DNA from: Cyanobacteriota bacterium
GTDB taxonomy: Bacteria > Cyanobacteriota > Cyanobacteriia > Thermostichales > Thermostichaceae
Reading direction: 5' to 3'
Assembly: GCA_033764955.1 (NCBI GenBank)
Contig: JANRIL010000001.1
Span: forward strand, 32,653-96,652
DNA length: 64,000 nucleotides
A program made the position numbers and the translations under genes. A model generated the notes under the pieces. That model saw nothing but the letters and a program-made list of their open reading frames with translations. It did not search any database and was not told the DNA's origin. Below are positions 29,471 to 39,021 of this stretch, piece after piece; position 1 is the first letter of the stretch, and every line of letters starts with the position of its first letter.

Positions 29471-29553
29471 CCGGATGCCTTTCCTGATTGGGATCCTAGC
29501 CACCCAGCGGGATCCCCTCAATCCCCTAACCCTTTTCACATGAGCACAATCTA

Positions 29554-30378
29554 ATGACCACCTCATCTTTTCCCAAAAGCAGCAATTCCCCCCTTCAGGC
29601 TTGGATCCCGGCCTTTCGCCAGCATGTTTTGCCCCCCCTCTTGGGGATCCTGGGATTTTTGCTGATTTGGCAGCTTTTTTCCAGTTCCGGTTTAACTCGC
29701 CTGCCGGGGCCGGCCTCGATTGTTTTGGAAGAACGCACCCGCGAATTGTTGCTCTATCCCTTTTATGACCTAGGAGGATTGGATAAAGGTCTGTTTTGGC
29801 AAACGTTGGCCAGCCTGCAACGGGTGGCGATTGGCTATTGTGCGGCGGCGTTGGTGGGGATTTCTCTGGGGATCCTGATTGGCTTGAGTCCCTTCATGAA
29901 CAAAGCCCTGGATCCGATCTTTCAGTTTTTACGAACCGTGCCACCCCTAGCTTGGGTGCCCATTGCTTTAGCCGCCTTGCAGCAAAACGAACCCGCCGCC
30001 CTCTTCGTCATTTTTATCACCGCCATCTGGCCGATTTTGATCAACACGGCGGTTGGCGTGCAGCAGATTCCCCAGGATTATCGCAACGTGGCGCGAGTCT
30101 TGCAGTTGCCCAAACAGAAGTTCTTCTTCCAGATCCTGTTGCCATCAGCCCTCCCTTATATCTTTACCGGATTGCGAATCGCCATCGGTTTGGCGTGGCT
30201 GGCCATTATTGCCGCCGAGATTGTTATGTCGGGCATCGTGGGCATTGGCTTCTTCATTTGGGATGCCTACCAAAACAACTACATCAGCGAGATCATCCTG
30301 GCTCTCGTCTATATCGGGGGGGTGGGGCTGATCTTGGATCGCTCGATGGCTTGGTTGCAATCTCGCCTCTTCCGCTAA
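29554..30378 (+). CDS. cmpB: BCT1 permease
   Basis: 'DKGLFWQTLASL', 'WLAIIAAEIVMSG', operon position. Confidence 0.9.
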   Translation: MTTSSFPKSSNSPLQAWIPAFRQHVLPPLLGILGFLLIWQLFSSSGLTRLPGPASIVLEERTRELLLYPFYDLGGLDKGLFWQTLASLQRVAIGYCAAALVGISLGILIGLSPFMNKALDPIFQFLRTVPPLAWVPIALAALQQNEPAALFVIFITAIWPILINTAVGVQQIPQDYRNVARVLQLPKQKFFFQILLPSALPYIFTGLRIAIGLAWLAIIAAEIVMSGIVGIGFFIWDAYQNNYISEIILALVYIGGVGLILDRSMAWLQSRLFR

Positions 30379-30466
30379 TGGATCCCTTTGCGGTGGGATC
30401 CGTGCCTACCCACTGCCGTAGGGGATCCCGTGTCTACCTGCCAACCCTATCCTCAGTGTGAACATC

Positions 30467-32488
30467 ATGTCTGTGCTTGTTGCTATTGATCAAATCGACA
30501 AAATTTTTGATTTGCCGGGGGGTAATCAATATCTGGCGCTCAAAGGGATCCATCTGGAGATTCAACAGGGAGAATTTGTTTCACTGATTGGGCATTCCGG
30601 CTGCGGCAAATCGACCCTCCTCAATATGGTGGCGGGGTTGGATCTCCCCTCAGAAGGGGTGGTGCTCCTGCAGGGGGAACGGATTCACCGCCCTGGTCCC
30701 GATCGGATGGTGGTCTTTCAAAACTACTCCCTACTGCCCTGGCTGACGGTGCGCCAAAATATCGCCCTAGCCGTGGATACGGTGCTGGAAGGTCTCTCCA
30801 AAGCAGAGCGTCAGGAAATTGTCGAACAGAATATTCGGATGGTGGGACTAAGCCACGCCGCCGACAAAAAACCGGATCATCTCTCCGGCGGCATGAAACA
30901 ACGGGTGGCAATTGCCCGTGCCCTGGCGATCCGCCCTAAAGTTTTGCTCTTGGATGAACCCTTCGGTGCTTTAGATGCCCTCACCCGTGGCAACTTGCAG
31001 GAACAACTGATGGCGATCTGCGAAGCCAACGAGATTACTGCTGTCATGGTGACTCACGATGTGGATGAGGCGGTGCTGCTCTCGGATCGGATCGTCATGC
31101 TCACCAACGGTCCCGGATCCCAGATTGGGGGAGTGATGAGTATTGACATTCCCCGTCCCCGCAAACGGCTGGAAGTGGTCAACCATCCTAGCTACTACAG
31201 TTATCGCAGTGAGATCATTTACTTCCTTAATCAGCAGAAGCGGGTCAAACAACGGCGAGCCAAGAAGCAAGCGGTGGTGGCGCGGCATGGGCTGGAAAAA
31301 ATCAACCTAGAAATCGGCTTTGTCCCTTTGACCGCTTGTGCTCCCCTGGCGGTTGCCCACGAAAAAGGTTTTTTTGCTAAGCACGGACTGGAGGAAGTGC
31401 GCTTGGTGCGGGAGGCCAGTTGGCGAGGGATCCGCGATGGCATGGCTGCCGCCTATCTGGATGCCGCCCAAATGCCCGCCGGAATGCCCATGTGGATGAG
31501 TTTGGGGGGAGGGGATCATCCCCCGACTCCGGTGGTATCCGCCCTTACCCTCACCCGCAACGGCAACGCCATCACCTTGGCGCGTCGTTTTTATGAACAA
31601 GGGATCCACTCCCTACCGGATCTGAAACGGATGTTGTTGGACTCCCCCGAACGGCAACACACCTTTGGCATTGTCCATCCCTCCTCGATGCATAATCTAT
31701 TGCTGCGCTATTGGCTGGCGGCGGGGGGGATTGATCCCGATCGAGATGTTGTGTTGCAAACCATTCCTCCGGCGCAGATGGTGGTGAACCTGCAGGCGGG
31801 CAGTATCGACGGCTATTGCGTGGGGGAACCCTGGAACCTGCGGGCAGCAATGGAGGGGATTGGGTTTACGGTCGCCACCGATCTCGAAATTTGGCTGGGA
31901 CATCCCGGCAAAGTCTTAGGGGTGCGGGAGGACTGGGCACAAGCCTATCCCAACACCCACATCGCCCTCGTAAAAGCCCTGCTGGAGGCCAGCCGTTACT
32001 GCGAAGATCCGGCGAATGCCTCAGAGATCCGCCGTATTTTGGCCGGTCGTGCCTATCTCAGCACCGATATGGCCTACATCCATCTGGGGGATCCCAATCC
32101 TGCCCTGAATACGCTACCTGCCTGTAGCCTGGAACAGCCGATGCGGGAATATGCCCATCATCGCTTTTTTACGCAAGCGGGCAACCGCCCCAGCCGCACT
32201 GAGCACCTCTGGATGATGACCCAGATGGCTCGCTGGGGGGATACCCCTTTTCCGCGTAACTGGGTAGAGATTTTGGAACGGGTTTGTCGGGTGAGTGTAT
32301 TTAGCACCGCCGCCCGTGAATTGGGGATTGATGTCAGCTACAGCCGTAGCCCCATTCAGTTGTTTGATGGCGTGCCCTTCAACGCTGATGACCCGATTGC
32401 CTATCTCAACCAACTGACTATCAAGCACGACATCTATATGGCAGAAGTGCCTTTGGATACCAGACAATCCCTAGTGATCGCTCCCTGA
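30467..32488 (+). CDS. cmpC: BCT1 ATP-binding subunit with C-terminal solute-binding-like domain
   Basis: GHSGCGKST, LSGGMKQR, plus NrtA/CmpA-like C-terminal domain. Confidence 0.9.
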   Translation: MSVLVAIDQIDKIFDLPGGNQYLALKGIHLEIQQGEFVSLIGHSGCGKSTLLNMVAGLDLPSEGVVLLQGERIHRPGPDRMVVFQNYSLLPWLTVRQNIALAVDTVLEGLSKAERQEIVEQNIRMVGLSHAADKKPDHLSGGMKQRVAIARALAIRPKVLLLDEPFGALDALTRGNLQEQLMAICEANEITAVMVTHDVDEAVLLSDRIVMLTNGPGSQIGGVMSIDIPRPRKRLEVVNHPSYYSYRSEIIYFLNQQKRVKQRRAKKQAVVARHGLEKINLEIGFVPLTACAPLAVAHEKGFFAKHGLEEVRLVREASWRGIRDGMAAAYLDAAQMPAGMPMWMSLGGGDHPPTPVVSALTLTRNGNAITLARRFYEQGIHSLPDLKRMLLDSPERQHTFGIVHPSSMHNLLLRYWLAAGGIDPDRDVVLQTIPPAQMVVNLQAGSIDGYCVGEPWNLRAAMEGIGFTVATDLEIWLGHPGKVLGVREDWAQAYPNTHIALVKALLEASRYCEDPANASEIRRILAGRAYLSTDMAYIHLGDPNPALNTLPACSLEQPMREYAHHRFFTQAGNRPSRTEHLWMMTQMARWGDTPFPRNWVEILERVCRVSVFSTAARELGIDVSYSRSPIQLFDGVPFNADDPIAYLNQLTIKHDIYMAEVPLDTRQSLVIAP

Positions 32489-32537
32489 GGGCGCGACATG
32501 GTTCTCCCTTTCCCCATCTACTCCCATTTGGAAACCC

Positions 32538-33377
32538 ATGCTTATGTCAACCGCGACCCTAACAACTTCCCCTTCCTCAGCGCCTCAGGATCGGGATCCC
32601 TACCTGGTCATTGATAATGTCTCCAAAATTTATCCCACCCCTAACGGGCCTGCTGTGATTTTGCAGCGGGTTAACCTGACGGTGGAGGCGGGGGAGTTTA
32701 TCTGCGTGATCGGTCACTCCGGCTGTGGCAAATCGACCCTTCTCAATATGGTGGGGGGGTTTTCGGCTCCTACCGATGGACAGGTACGCCTCAAGTCCCG
32801 ACCGATCGCTCACCCAGGTCCCGACCGGATGATGGTTTTTCAAGGCTATGCCCTGCTGCCCTGGATGACAGTCTTTCAAAATGTCTATATGGCTGTGGAT
32901 GCTGTTTTCCCCGACCGATCCAAGCTAGAGAAGGAGCAGATGGTTAAAGAGCACCTCGCCTTGGTAGGGCTGCTTGAGGCTGCCGAGAAAAAGCCCCCGC
33001 AAATTTCGGGGGGGATGAAGCAACGGGTGGCCATTGCCCGTGCCTTGGCAATCCGTCCGGAAGTGCTGATTTTGGATGAACCCTTTGGTGCCCTCGATGC
33101 CATTACCAAAGAGGAGTTACAGGAAGAGCTGCTCAAGATTTGGGAGGATCACCGATGTACCGTGTTAATGATTACCCATGACATTGATGAGGCGCTCTTT
33201 TTGGCGGATCGTCTGGTCATGATGACCAATGGCCCCGCTGCCCGCATCGGCGAGGTGATCCCGATTCCTTTCTCCCGCCCCCGCGATCGCACCCGCATCA
33301 TGGAGGATCCCGAATACTACAAACTGCGGAACTACGTTTTAGACTACCTCTATAACCGCTATGCCCATCACGAATAA
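32538..33377 (+). CDS. cmpD: BCT1 ATP-binding subunit
   Basis: GHSGCGKST, ISGGMKQR, 'ALDAITKEELQEEL'. Confidence 0.9.
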   Translation: MLMSTATLTTSPSSAPQDRDPYLVIDNVSKIYPTPNGPAVILQRVNLTVEAGEFICVIGHSGCGKSTLLNMVGGFSAPTDGQVRLKSRPIAHPGPDRMMVFQGYALLPWMTVFQNVYMAVDAVFPDRSKLEKEQMVKEHLALVGLLEAAEKKPPQISGGMKQRVAIARALAIRPEVLILDEPFGALDAITKEELQEELLKIWEDHRCTVLMITHDIDEALFLADRLVMMTNGPAARIGEVIPIPFSRPRDRTRIMEDPEYYKLRNYVLDYLYNRYAHHE

Positions 33378-33383
33378 ACCTGC

Positions 33384-34310
33384 ATGAATTTGTCTGAGTT
33401 GCTGGCTATGACTGCTCCTTATCCTGGTTGGCGTGACTATTTTGCTGGACGATCCTGTGTGATTGCCACCATGCACGGCAAAGAAAACGTGATCGCTCCC
33501 CTTGTGACGGCCACTTTGGGGGTAGAGGTAAGCAAGTTAGCGAACTTTAATACCGACGTTTGGGGTACGTTTACGCGAGAGGTGGCTCGTCCTGCCGATC
33601 AGATCAGCACGGCTCGTCTCAAGGCGGAAGCCGCGATGGATCAATCGGGATCCTCGTTGGCGATTGCCAGCGAGGGTAGTTTTGCGCCCCACCCAGCCAT
33701 CCCGTTTATCGCCGCCGATCGGGAGGTGGTCTTGCTCTATGATCGTCAGCACCAGTTGCAGGTTTATGGAGAAGTCCTCTCCACCCACACCAACTTTGCC
33801 TCTACGGTGGTGGTTCAGCCCGATCAGGCGGTGGCTTTTGCCGAAAAAGTGGGTTTTCCTGAACATGGGATTGTGGTGATGGCGGATCCCCGAATGGCGG
33901 ACTCGGCTCCTGCCATCCCCTCCGGGATCCCTCCTTCTGGGATCTATAAAGACATCGCCTCTCTGGCGGAGCTGCGCTCGCTAGTGAATCCACTGCTGGC
34001 TCGTTCAGGAAGGGTGCGCCTGGAAACCGATATGCGTGCCCATCGCAACCCCACGCGGATGCAGGTAATTGCCCAAGCCACCCATGATCTCCTAGAAAAG
34101 CTACAGCAGCAGTGCCCAGCCTGTGGCTTGCCAGGGTTTCAGGTGGTGGAAGTTCGTGCTGGTTTACCCTGCCAGTGGTGTGGGATCCCGACCTCCGCCC
34201 CGCGTGCCCATCTCTATCGCTGTCAGGGTTGTCATCACCAGCAAGAAACATTATTTCCCCATGGCAAAACCCAGGCGGATCCGGCGAGTTGTCTGCATTG
34301 CAACCCTTGA
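33384..34310 (+). CDS. DUF6671-like protein with C-terminal Cys-rich (four CxxC) domain
   Basis: 'ATMHGKE', 'ASEGSFAPHP', 'ETDMRAHRNPTRM', CPAC/CQWC/CQGC/CLHC. Confidence 0.8.
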   Translation: MNLSELLAMTAPYPGWRDYFAGRSCVIATMHGKENVIAPLVTATLGVEVSKLANFNTDVWGTFTREVARPADQISTARLKAEAAMDQSGSSLAIASEGSFAPHPAIPFIAADREVVLLYDRQHQLQVYGEVLSTHTNFASTVVVQPDQAVAFAEKVGFPEHGIVVMADPRMADSAPAIPSGIPPSGIYKDIASLAELRSLVNPLLARSGRVRLETDMRAHRNPTRMQVIAQATHDLLEKLQQQCPACGLPGFQVVEVRAGLPCQWCGIPTSAPRAHLYRCQGCHHQQETLFPHGKTQADPASCLHCNP

Positions 34311-34370
34311 TCCGGCCTGCGGGGATTGCTGTGCGCTTATCCATCGGTTTTCACAAGGGATCCCGTCATC

Positions 34371-37175
34371 ATGGTTGTTCATCTCTCCGAACGGCACATG
34401 CACAGAACCCGCTGGGTCTTAACCACCCTCTGGTTGCTGTTGATTGTCTCGCTGTTTTATGACCCCTTTACCCCCCGCCTGACGGATCCCGCCAATACCG
34501 CCAGTCCTCTGCGCTTGGATCCCGATACCTGCGTCTTGGTGCAGGGATCCTGTCTGCCTCTCACCGCCTATTCCTTGGGAGCACCGATTTTTTGGGGATT
34601 GGTGGTACCCGCCAGCATTTTTATCCTGCTGGTCTTTGGGCATGAGCTATGGCGACGGATCTGCCCCCTCTCCTTTCTCTCCCAAATTCCACGGGCGTTG
34701 GGCTGGCAACGGCAACGAAAGCGGGTGAGCAGCAACGGGACGGTGCGCTATGAGATTCCCAGAGTGGAACCCGATTCCTGGCTGGGTCGCCACTATCTCT
34801 ATGTCCAATTCACCTGGTTTTTTGTCGGACTCTCCAGCCGCATTTTGTTTATCAATAGCGATCGCCTCGCCCTAGCCATCTGGATCCTGTTCACGATTGC
34901 GGTAGCCATTGGTGTGGGTTACTGGTATGGCGGCAAGTCCTGGTGCCACTATTTTTGCCCGATGGCTCCGGTTCAAAAAATTTATGGCGAACCGCGAGGC
35001 TTATTCACCAGTCAAGCCCATCTCTCCGAGAGCAAAATTACCCAATCGATGTGTCGGGTGGTGGATGGGGAAGGACAAGAAAAAAGTGCCTGTGTAGCCT
35101 GCCAAAGTCCCTGCATCGATATTGATGCTGAGCGCACCTACTGGGAAGGCATCCAACAGCCTGCTCAGGCATGGCTTTACTACGCCTACATTGGCTTGGT
35201 GATGGGCTATTTTTTCTATTACTACCTTTATGCAGGCAATTGGCACTATTACTTTTCGGGAGCCTGGGCTTATGAGCCGAACCAATGGGGATCCCTGACC
35301 CGCCCTGGCTTCTATCTGTGGGACTATGGGATGCCGATTCCGAAATGGGTCGCGGTGCCCCTCGCCCTGGGTGGGTTTACGCTGGCGGGCGTCTGGCTAG
35401 GCCATCGACTGGAAACCTGGGCACAACAGCGCTGGGGATCCCAGTTATCCTCAGAGACCATTCGCCATCGTCTTTTGAGCATCGGGACGTTTTTTATCTT
35501 CAACTTCTTTTTTATTTTCGCGGCTCGTTCCTGGATTAGTTTGTTGCCCTTGGCTCTCCAATACGCCCTCGATTCGCTGTTGGTGCTGACCAGCGCTTTT
35601 TGGCTGGTGCAAACCTGGGGGCGCAGTTTACCCCTTTATCAACGGGAGAGTCTCTCGGTTCGCCTCCGCAAGCAGTTGGTCAAACTGAACCTCGACTGGT
35701 CCCGCTATCTGGATCACCAATCCCCTCAGGATCTCACCCCCGATCAGGTGTATGTCTTAGCCAAAGTTTTGCCGGGATTTAGCCGCGAAAAACGCCAACA
35801 AGCCTACAAAGGGGTTCTCAAAGAAGCCCTCCAAGAAGGCTATATCGAGAGCAGCAGTAGTCTAGAGGTATTGGAGCAAATCCGCTCCCAACTGGAACTG
35901 AGCGATGACGAACATCGCACGATTTTGAGCGAGTTAGGGGTGGAGGATCCCGATTTGTTGGATCCCGACCGCCTGCATTCCGTGGAAAACAGTGTGCGCC
36001 TGACAGGATTCCGCAAAGCCCTAGAACGCCTACTCAGCCTGCAACAACGCCAATCCATCACCGATCTCCTGCAACGGGATCCGCAGGGGGTACGGCGGTT
36101 GCGCCAGCAATATTGCATCACTTACGAAGAGGAGGAGGAGATTTTATGGGGGTTGGATCGAGAAGCAGGGGATCTACACCGAGCCAAGCATCTCTTGCAA
36201 CAGCTCGAACCACTGATTCTTCGCTATCACGCCCTCAACCAGCCCCAACTGTTGCCCCAAACCCTGGTGTTGAACCTCTTACGGGCTTCCGTTCGCCAAA
36301 AAAAGCAGCTTTTGGTCAGGGGACTGTTGGAGTTAATCGAAACCACCCGCGAGCAGGATCTCGCCCTGCGGATGGCCCGTGAGTTAGGCAACCTTGCCCC
36401 CACTGCTTTGCAGGATGTTTTGAATAACCCGCTTTCTGCATGGAAGCAGCGTCTGGGATCCGAGATATTAGGCTATTTAGAACAATCCGCCAATGGGCAA
36501 CCCGCCTGCTCCCTCACCATGACAGCCGGGGATATGGCTGATCACCTGCAAGCCCTCCTGCAAGACAGCAATCCCCTCACCCAGGTGGCCAGCCTGTTTA
36601 TCTTGGCGAAAGTGGATCGAGAGAAGGCTCAACAGCAAGCCCAGATGATCCTCTCCCACCGATCTGCCCACCACCCAATCCTGTCAGAACTGGCTCAGCA
36701 GGTGGGAAAAGCGGGAGGGATCCCTCTCACCGCCTGCCCCGCTCTCGAAAAGCTGGCCTACCTATTCAACACCCACTTTTTTGCCGATATCCACAGCAAA
36801 ACCCTCCTGGAATTGGCCGAGATCGCTGATTTCAAGCACTACCAAACCGATCAGGTAGTTTCGGACGAGGGAGATACCTGTCGTGAACTATTGATCTTGA
36901 TCGAGGGGGTGGTGCAGGTGGAGGTAGAAAGGGACGGGATCCCTGCCGTCTTTAGTCTCTTGCCGGGACAACTGCTCGACGAATTGGAGGTGCTCTCCCA
37001 GGGGATCCAAGCGGGACGCATCACAGCCAAAGCCACACCCACTCGTATTCTGGCTATTCCGGTGGATGCCTTCGATGCCATCTTGGATCGGGATCACGAT
37101 TTTGCTCGGCGAGTCATCAAACTAGAAAGCGCCCGTCTGCATCAGGTGGTGGGAAGCCCCCTCTTCAACGGTTGA
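34371..37175 (+). CDS. Membrane 4Fe-4S (NosR/NapH-like) protein with HEAT-like region and C-terminal cyclic-nucleotide-binding domain
   Basis: 'HELWRRICPL', 'WCHYFCPM', 'CVACQSPCIDID', many transmembrane helices, cNMP-like 'EGDTCRELLILIEG.V.V'. Confidence 0.8.
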   Translation: MVVHLSERHMHRTRWVLTTLWLLLIVSLFYDPFTPRLTDPANTASPLRLDPDTCVLVQGSCLPLTAYSLGAPIFWGLVVPASIFILLVFGHELWRRICPLSFLSQIPRALGWQRQRKRVSSNGTVRYEIPRVEPDSWLGRHYLYVQFTWFFVGLSSRILFINSDRLALAIWILFTIAVAIGVGYWYGGKSWCHYFCPMAPVQKIYGEPRGLFTSQAHLSESKITQSMCRVVDGEGQEKSACVACQSPCIDIDAERTYWEGIQQPAQAWLYYAYIGLVMGYFFYYYLYAGNWHYYFSGAWAYEPNQWGSLTRPGFYLWDYGMPIPKWVAVPLALGGFTLAGVWLGHRLETWAQQRWGSQLSSETIRHRLLSIGTFFIFNFFFIFAARSWISLLPLALQYALDSLLVLTSAFWLVQTWGRSLPLYQRESLSVRLRKQLVKLNLDWSRYLDHQSPQDLTPDQVYVLAKVLPGFSREKRQQAYKGVLKEALQEGYIESSSSLEVLEQIRSQLELSDDEHRTILSELGVEDPDLLDPDRLHSVENSVRLTGFRKALERLLSLQQRQSITDLLQRDPQGVRRLRQQYCITYEEEEEILWGLDREAGDLHRAKHLLQQLEPLILRYHALNQPQLLPQTLVLNLLRASVRQKKQLLVRGLLELIETTREQDLALRMARELGNLAPTALQDVLNNPLSAWKQRLGSEILGYLEQSANGQPACSLTMTAGDMADHLQALLQDSNPLTQVASLFILAKVDREKAQQQAQMILSHRSAHHPILSELAQQVGKAGGIPLTACPALEKLAYLFNTHFFADIHSKTLLELAEIADFKHYQTDQVVSDEGDTCRELLILIEGVVQVEVERDGIPAVFSLLPGQLLDELEVLSQGIQAGRITAKATPTRILAIPVDAFDAILDRDHDFARRVIKLESARLHQVVGSPLFNG

Positions 37176-37300
37176 GTCCAGCGTCCCCTTGATTTGTCTT
37201 TACTGCAAAATGAAAGAGTGGACTTAATCAAGCGCCTCAGCAAAAAACAAGCAGGTTACACTGAAAACATTCTTTTTCTGTGGCTTAGGAAATCGGCTCT

Positions 37301-38956
37301 GTGCCCAAGATGGCGGCGACAAGCAACATGAAATTAGTCCCGCTGGGGGTGGAGCCAAGGGAAGGGTGTTGTTATTGGCTAGAAATGGGATCCCACCGCC
37401 TCCTGCTCGATTGTGGACTACGGGATCCCCGACCGCTGCTGGATCTGCCCCATCCCCCTGATCTGGTGATTTGCAGCCATGCTCACCCCGATCACCTGCG
37501 GAGTTTGGCTGCTTTCCACCAGCACTATCCTGACGTGCCCATCTACGGCACCCGCCTCACCTACCGACTGGCGGCAGGGCTGGGGTCAACCTGGGATCCC
37601 AATGGTGTGTTTCCAGCCATGCGCTGTTTGGCGTTTAACCGTGCTACCGTGGTTCGCCCCGATTTGATGCTGTGTTTTTTTCGCGCCGGACATCTGCCCG
37701 GAGCCGCCACCATTCTGCTGCAAGATACCGCCACCCCTTCCCCGCAAACTTTTATTTACACGGGGGATTGCTCCCTGGCGGCCACCCGCTTTAGTGAAGG
37801 ACTGGATCTGGAGGCGCTACGCCATTGGCAACCGGATGCTCTCTTGATCGAAGGAACCCTCGGCATTGAACGCTATCCCTCCCGTCGTCATCTGGAGAAC
37901 CGTCTGGTGGAGCGCTTAGCCACTGCGGTTGAAGAGGGATCCCTAGTCTTTTTGCCGGTGCCCGCCCTGGGGCTGGGGCAGGATCTACTCTATCTGCTCA
38001 AAACCCATCACCGCTTTACCCAGAGCAAAACCCGCTTTACTCTCTGGGTGGATGCCGCCGTTGGACGGGGGTGCGATCTCTACCAAGAACTCCTCACTGA
38101 TTTTTCCCAGTCCATTCAAAACTTTGCCCATTACCAGCCCCTCTTTTGGGAGGAACGGGTTTATCCCCATGTCTTGCCGTTACCCACCACCCTCTGCCAG
38201 TTGGTTGAGGTCGTGAGCGGCGCTGGTATTGTTCTCTGCCACGCCGCCGCCCCCCCCCAGGTGTGGCATCCCCTCTGGCAAGCGTTGTCCAGCGCCCTGC
38301 CCCAACGCAACGGGAATCATCTGCGCTGGCTCCAGATGCCAGAAGTTGTCCTAGAAACCCCGCTCACCGATTGGCCTGCTGCCCTTCTGCCGCACATTCA
38401 GCAAGAAAGCTGTGGTTGGCATAGCCATCTTGACGGTAGTGCCCTTCTGCAAATCATTCACACCCTCCGACCCCAACATGTCATCCTCTGCCACGGGGAT
38501 CCTGATGCCCTACTTGATTTAGCCCATCTGCCCGAATTAAGTACCCGCTATCATATCCATTGTTCCCAGCCCTATCTCCCCCTTGACCTTCCCCCCAGCC
38601 AACTTCAGCCCAGCGAACCCTCGCATCCCCCGATCCGCTACGAAGGGCACCTCGACGAATGGACACAACCCACCTCCAGTGGGCAATCCCAAACCACACT
38701 GATTCAAATCCTCTTGCCGGGGAGCCTGACGCAAGATCCTCGTTGGCAACATTGGTCAGACACAGGCATCGTGGAGGCCACTTGGCAAGGGGAACAGTTG
38801 GTGATCCGCGGTCTCTCCGCCCGCGAACTCCTCAAACCTGTCAAAGATCCTGAGGCGATACAAACCTTGCGGATCCCGATGGATGTGGTCTTGCCATCCC
38901 CTGACCTCAATTCGTTACCCCCCTTCGATCCAGAGTGGGAATCCGGTCAGTCTTGA
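37301..38956 (+). CDS. Metallo-beta-lactamase/beta-CASP fold protein (putative RNA-processing hydrolase)
   Basis: 'LLDCG', 'SHAHPDH', 'AGHLPGA', 'YTGD', 'LRPQHVILCHG'. Confidence 0.85.
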   Translation: MPKMAATSNMKLVPLGVEPREGCCYWLEMGSHRLLLDCGLRDPRPLLDLPHPPDLVICSHAHPDHLRSLAAFHQHYPDVPIYGTRLTYRLAAGLGSTWDPNGVFPAMRCLAFNRATVVRPDLMLCFFRAGHLPGAATILLQDTATPSPQTFIYTGDCSLAATRFSEGLDLEALRHWQPDALLIEGTLGIERYPSRRHLENRLVERLATAVEEGSLVFLPVPALGLGQDLLYLLKTHHRFTQSKTRFTLWVDAAVGRGCDLYQELLTDFSQSIQNFAHYQPLFWEERVYPHVLPLPTTLCQLVEVVSGAGIVLCHAAAPPQVWHPLWQALSSALPQRNGNHLRWLQMPEVVLETPLTDWPAALLPHIQQESCGWHSHLDGSALLQIIHTLRPQHVILCHGDPDALLDLAHLPELSTRYHIHCSQPYLPLDLPPSQLQPSEPSHPPIRYEGHLDEWTQPTSSGQSQTTLIQILLPGSLTQDPRWQHWSDTGIVEATWQGEQLVIRGLSARELLKPVKDPEAIQTLRIPMDVVLPSPDLNSLPPFDPEWESGQS

Positions 38957-39021
38957 TAGATAAGGGATCCCTGGGATCTCTGAGATGTATCTTTGTATGC
39001 TTCATAGATGCAGAATCAAGC

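Noticed and set aside
28127..33377. Nitrate transporter nrtABCD
   Set aside because: Binding-protein motifs match CmpA, LysR-type boxes are upstream, and no nirA/narB genes or obvious NtcA site are adjacent.
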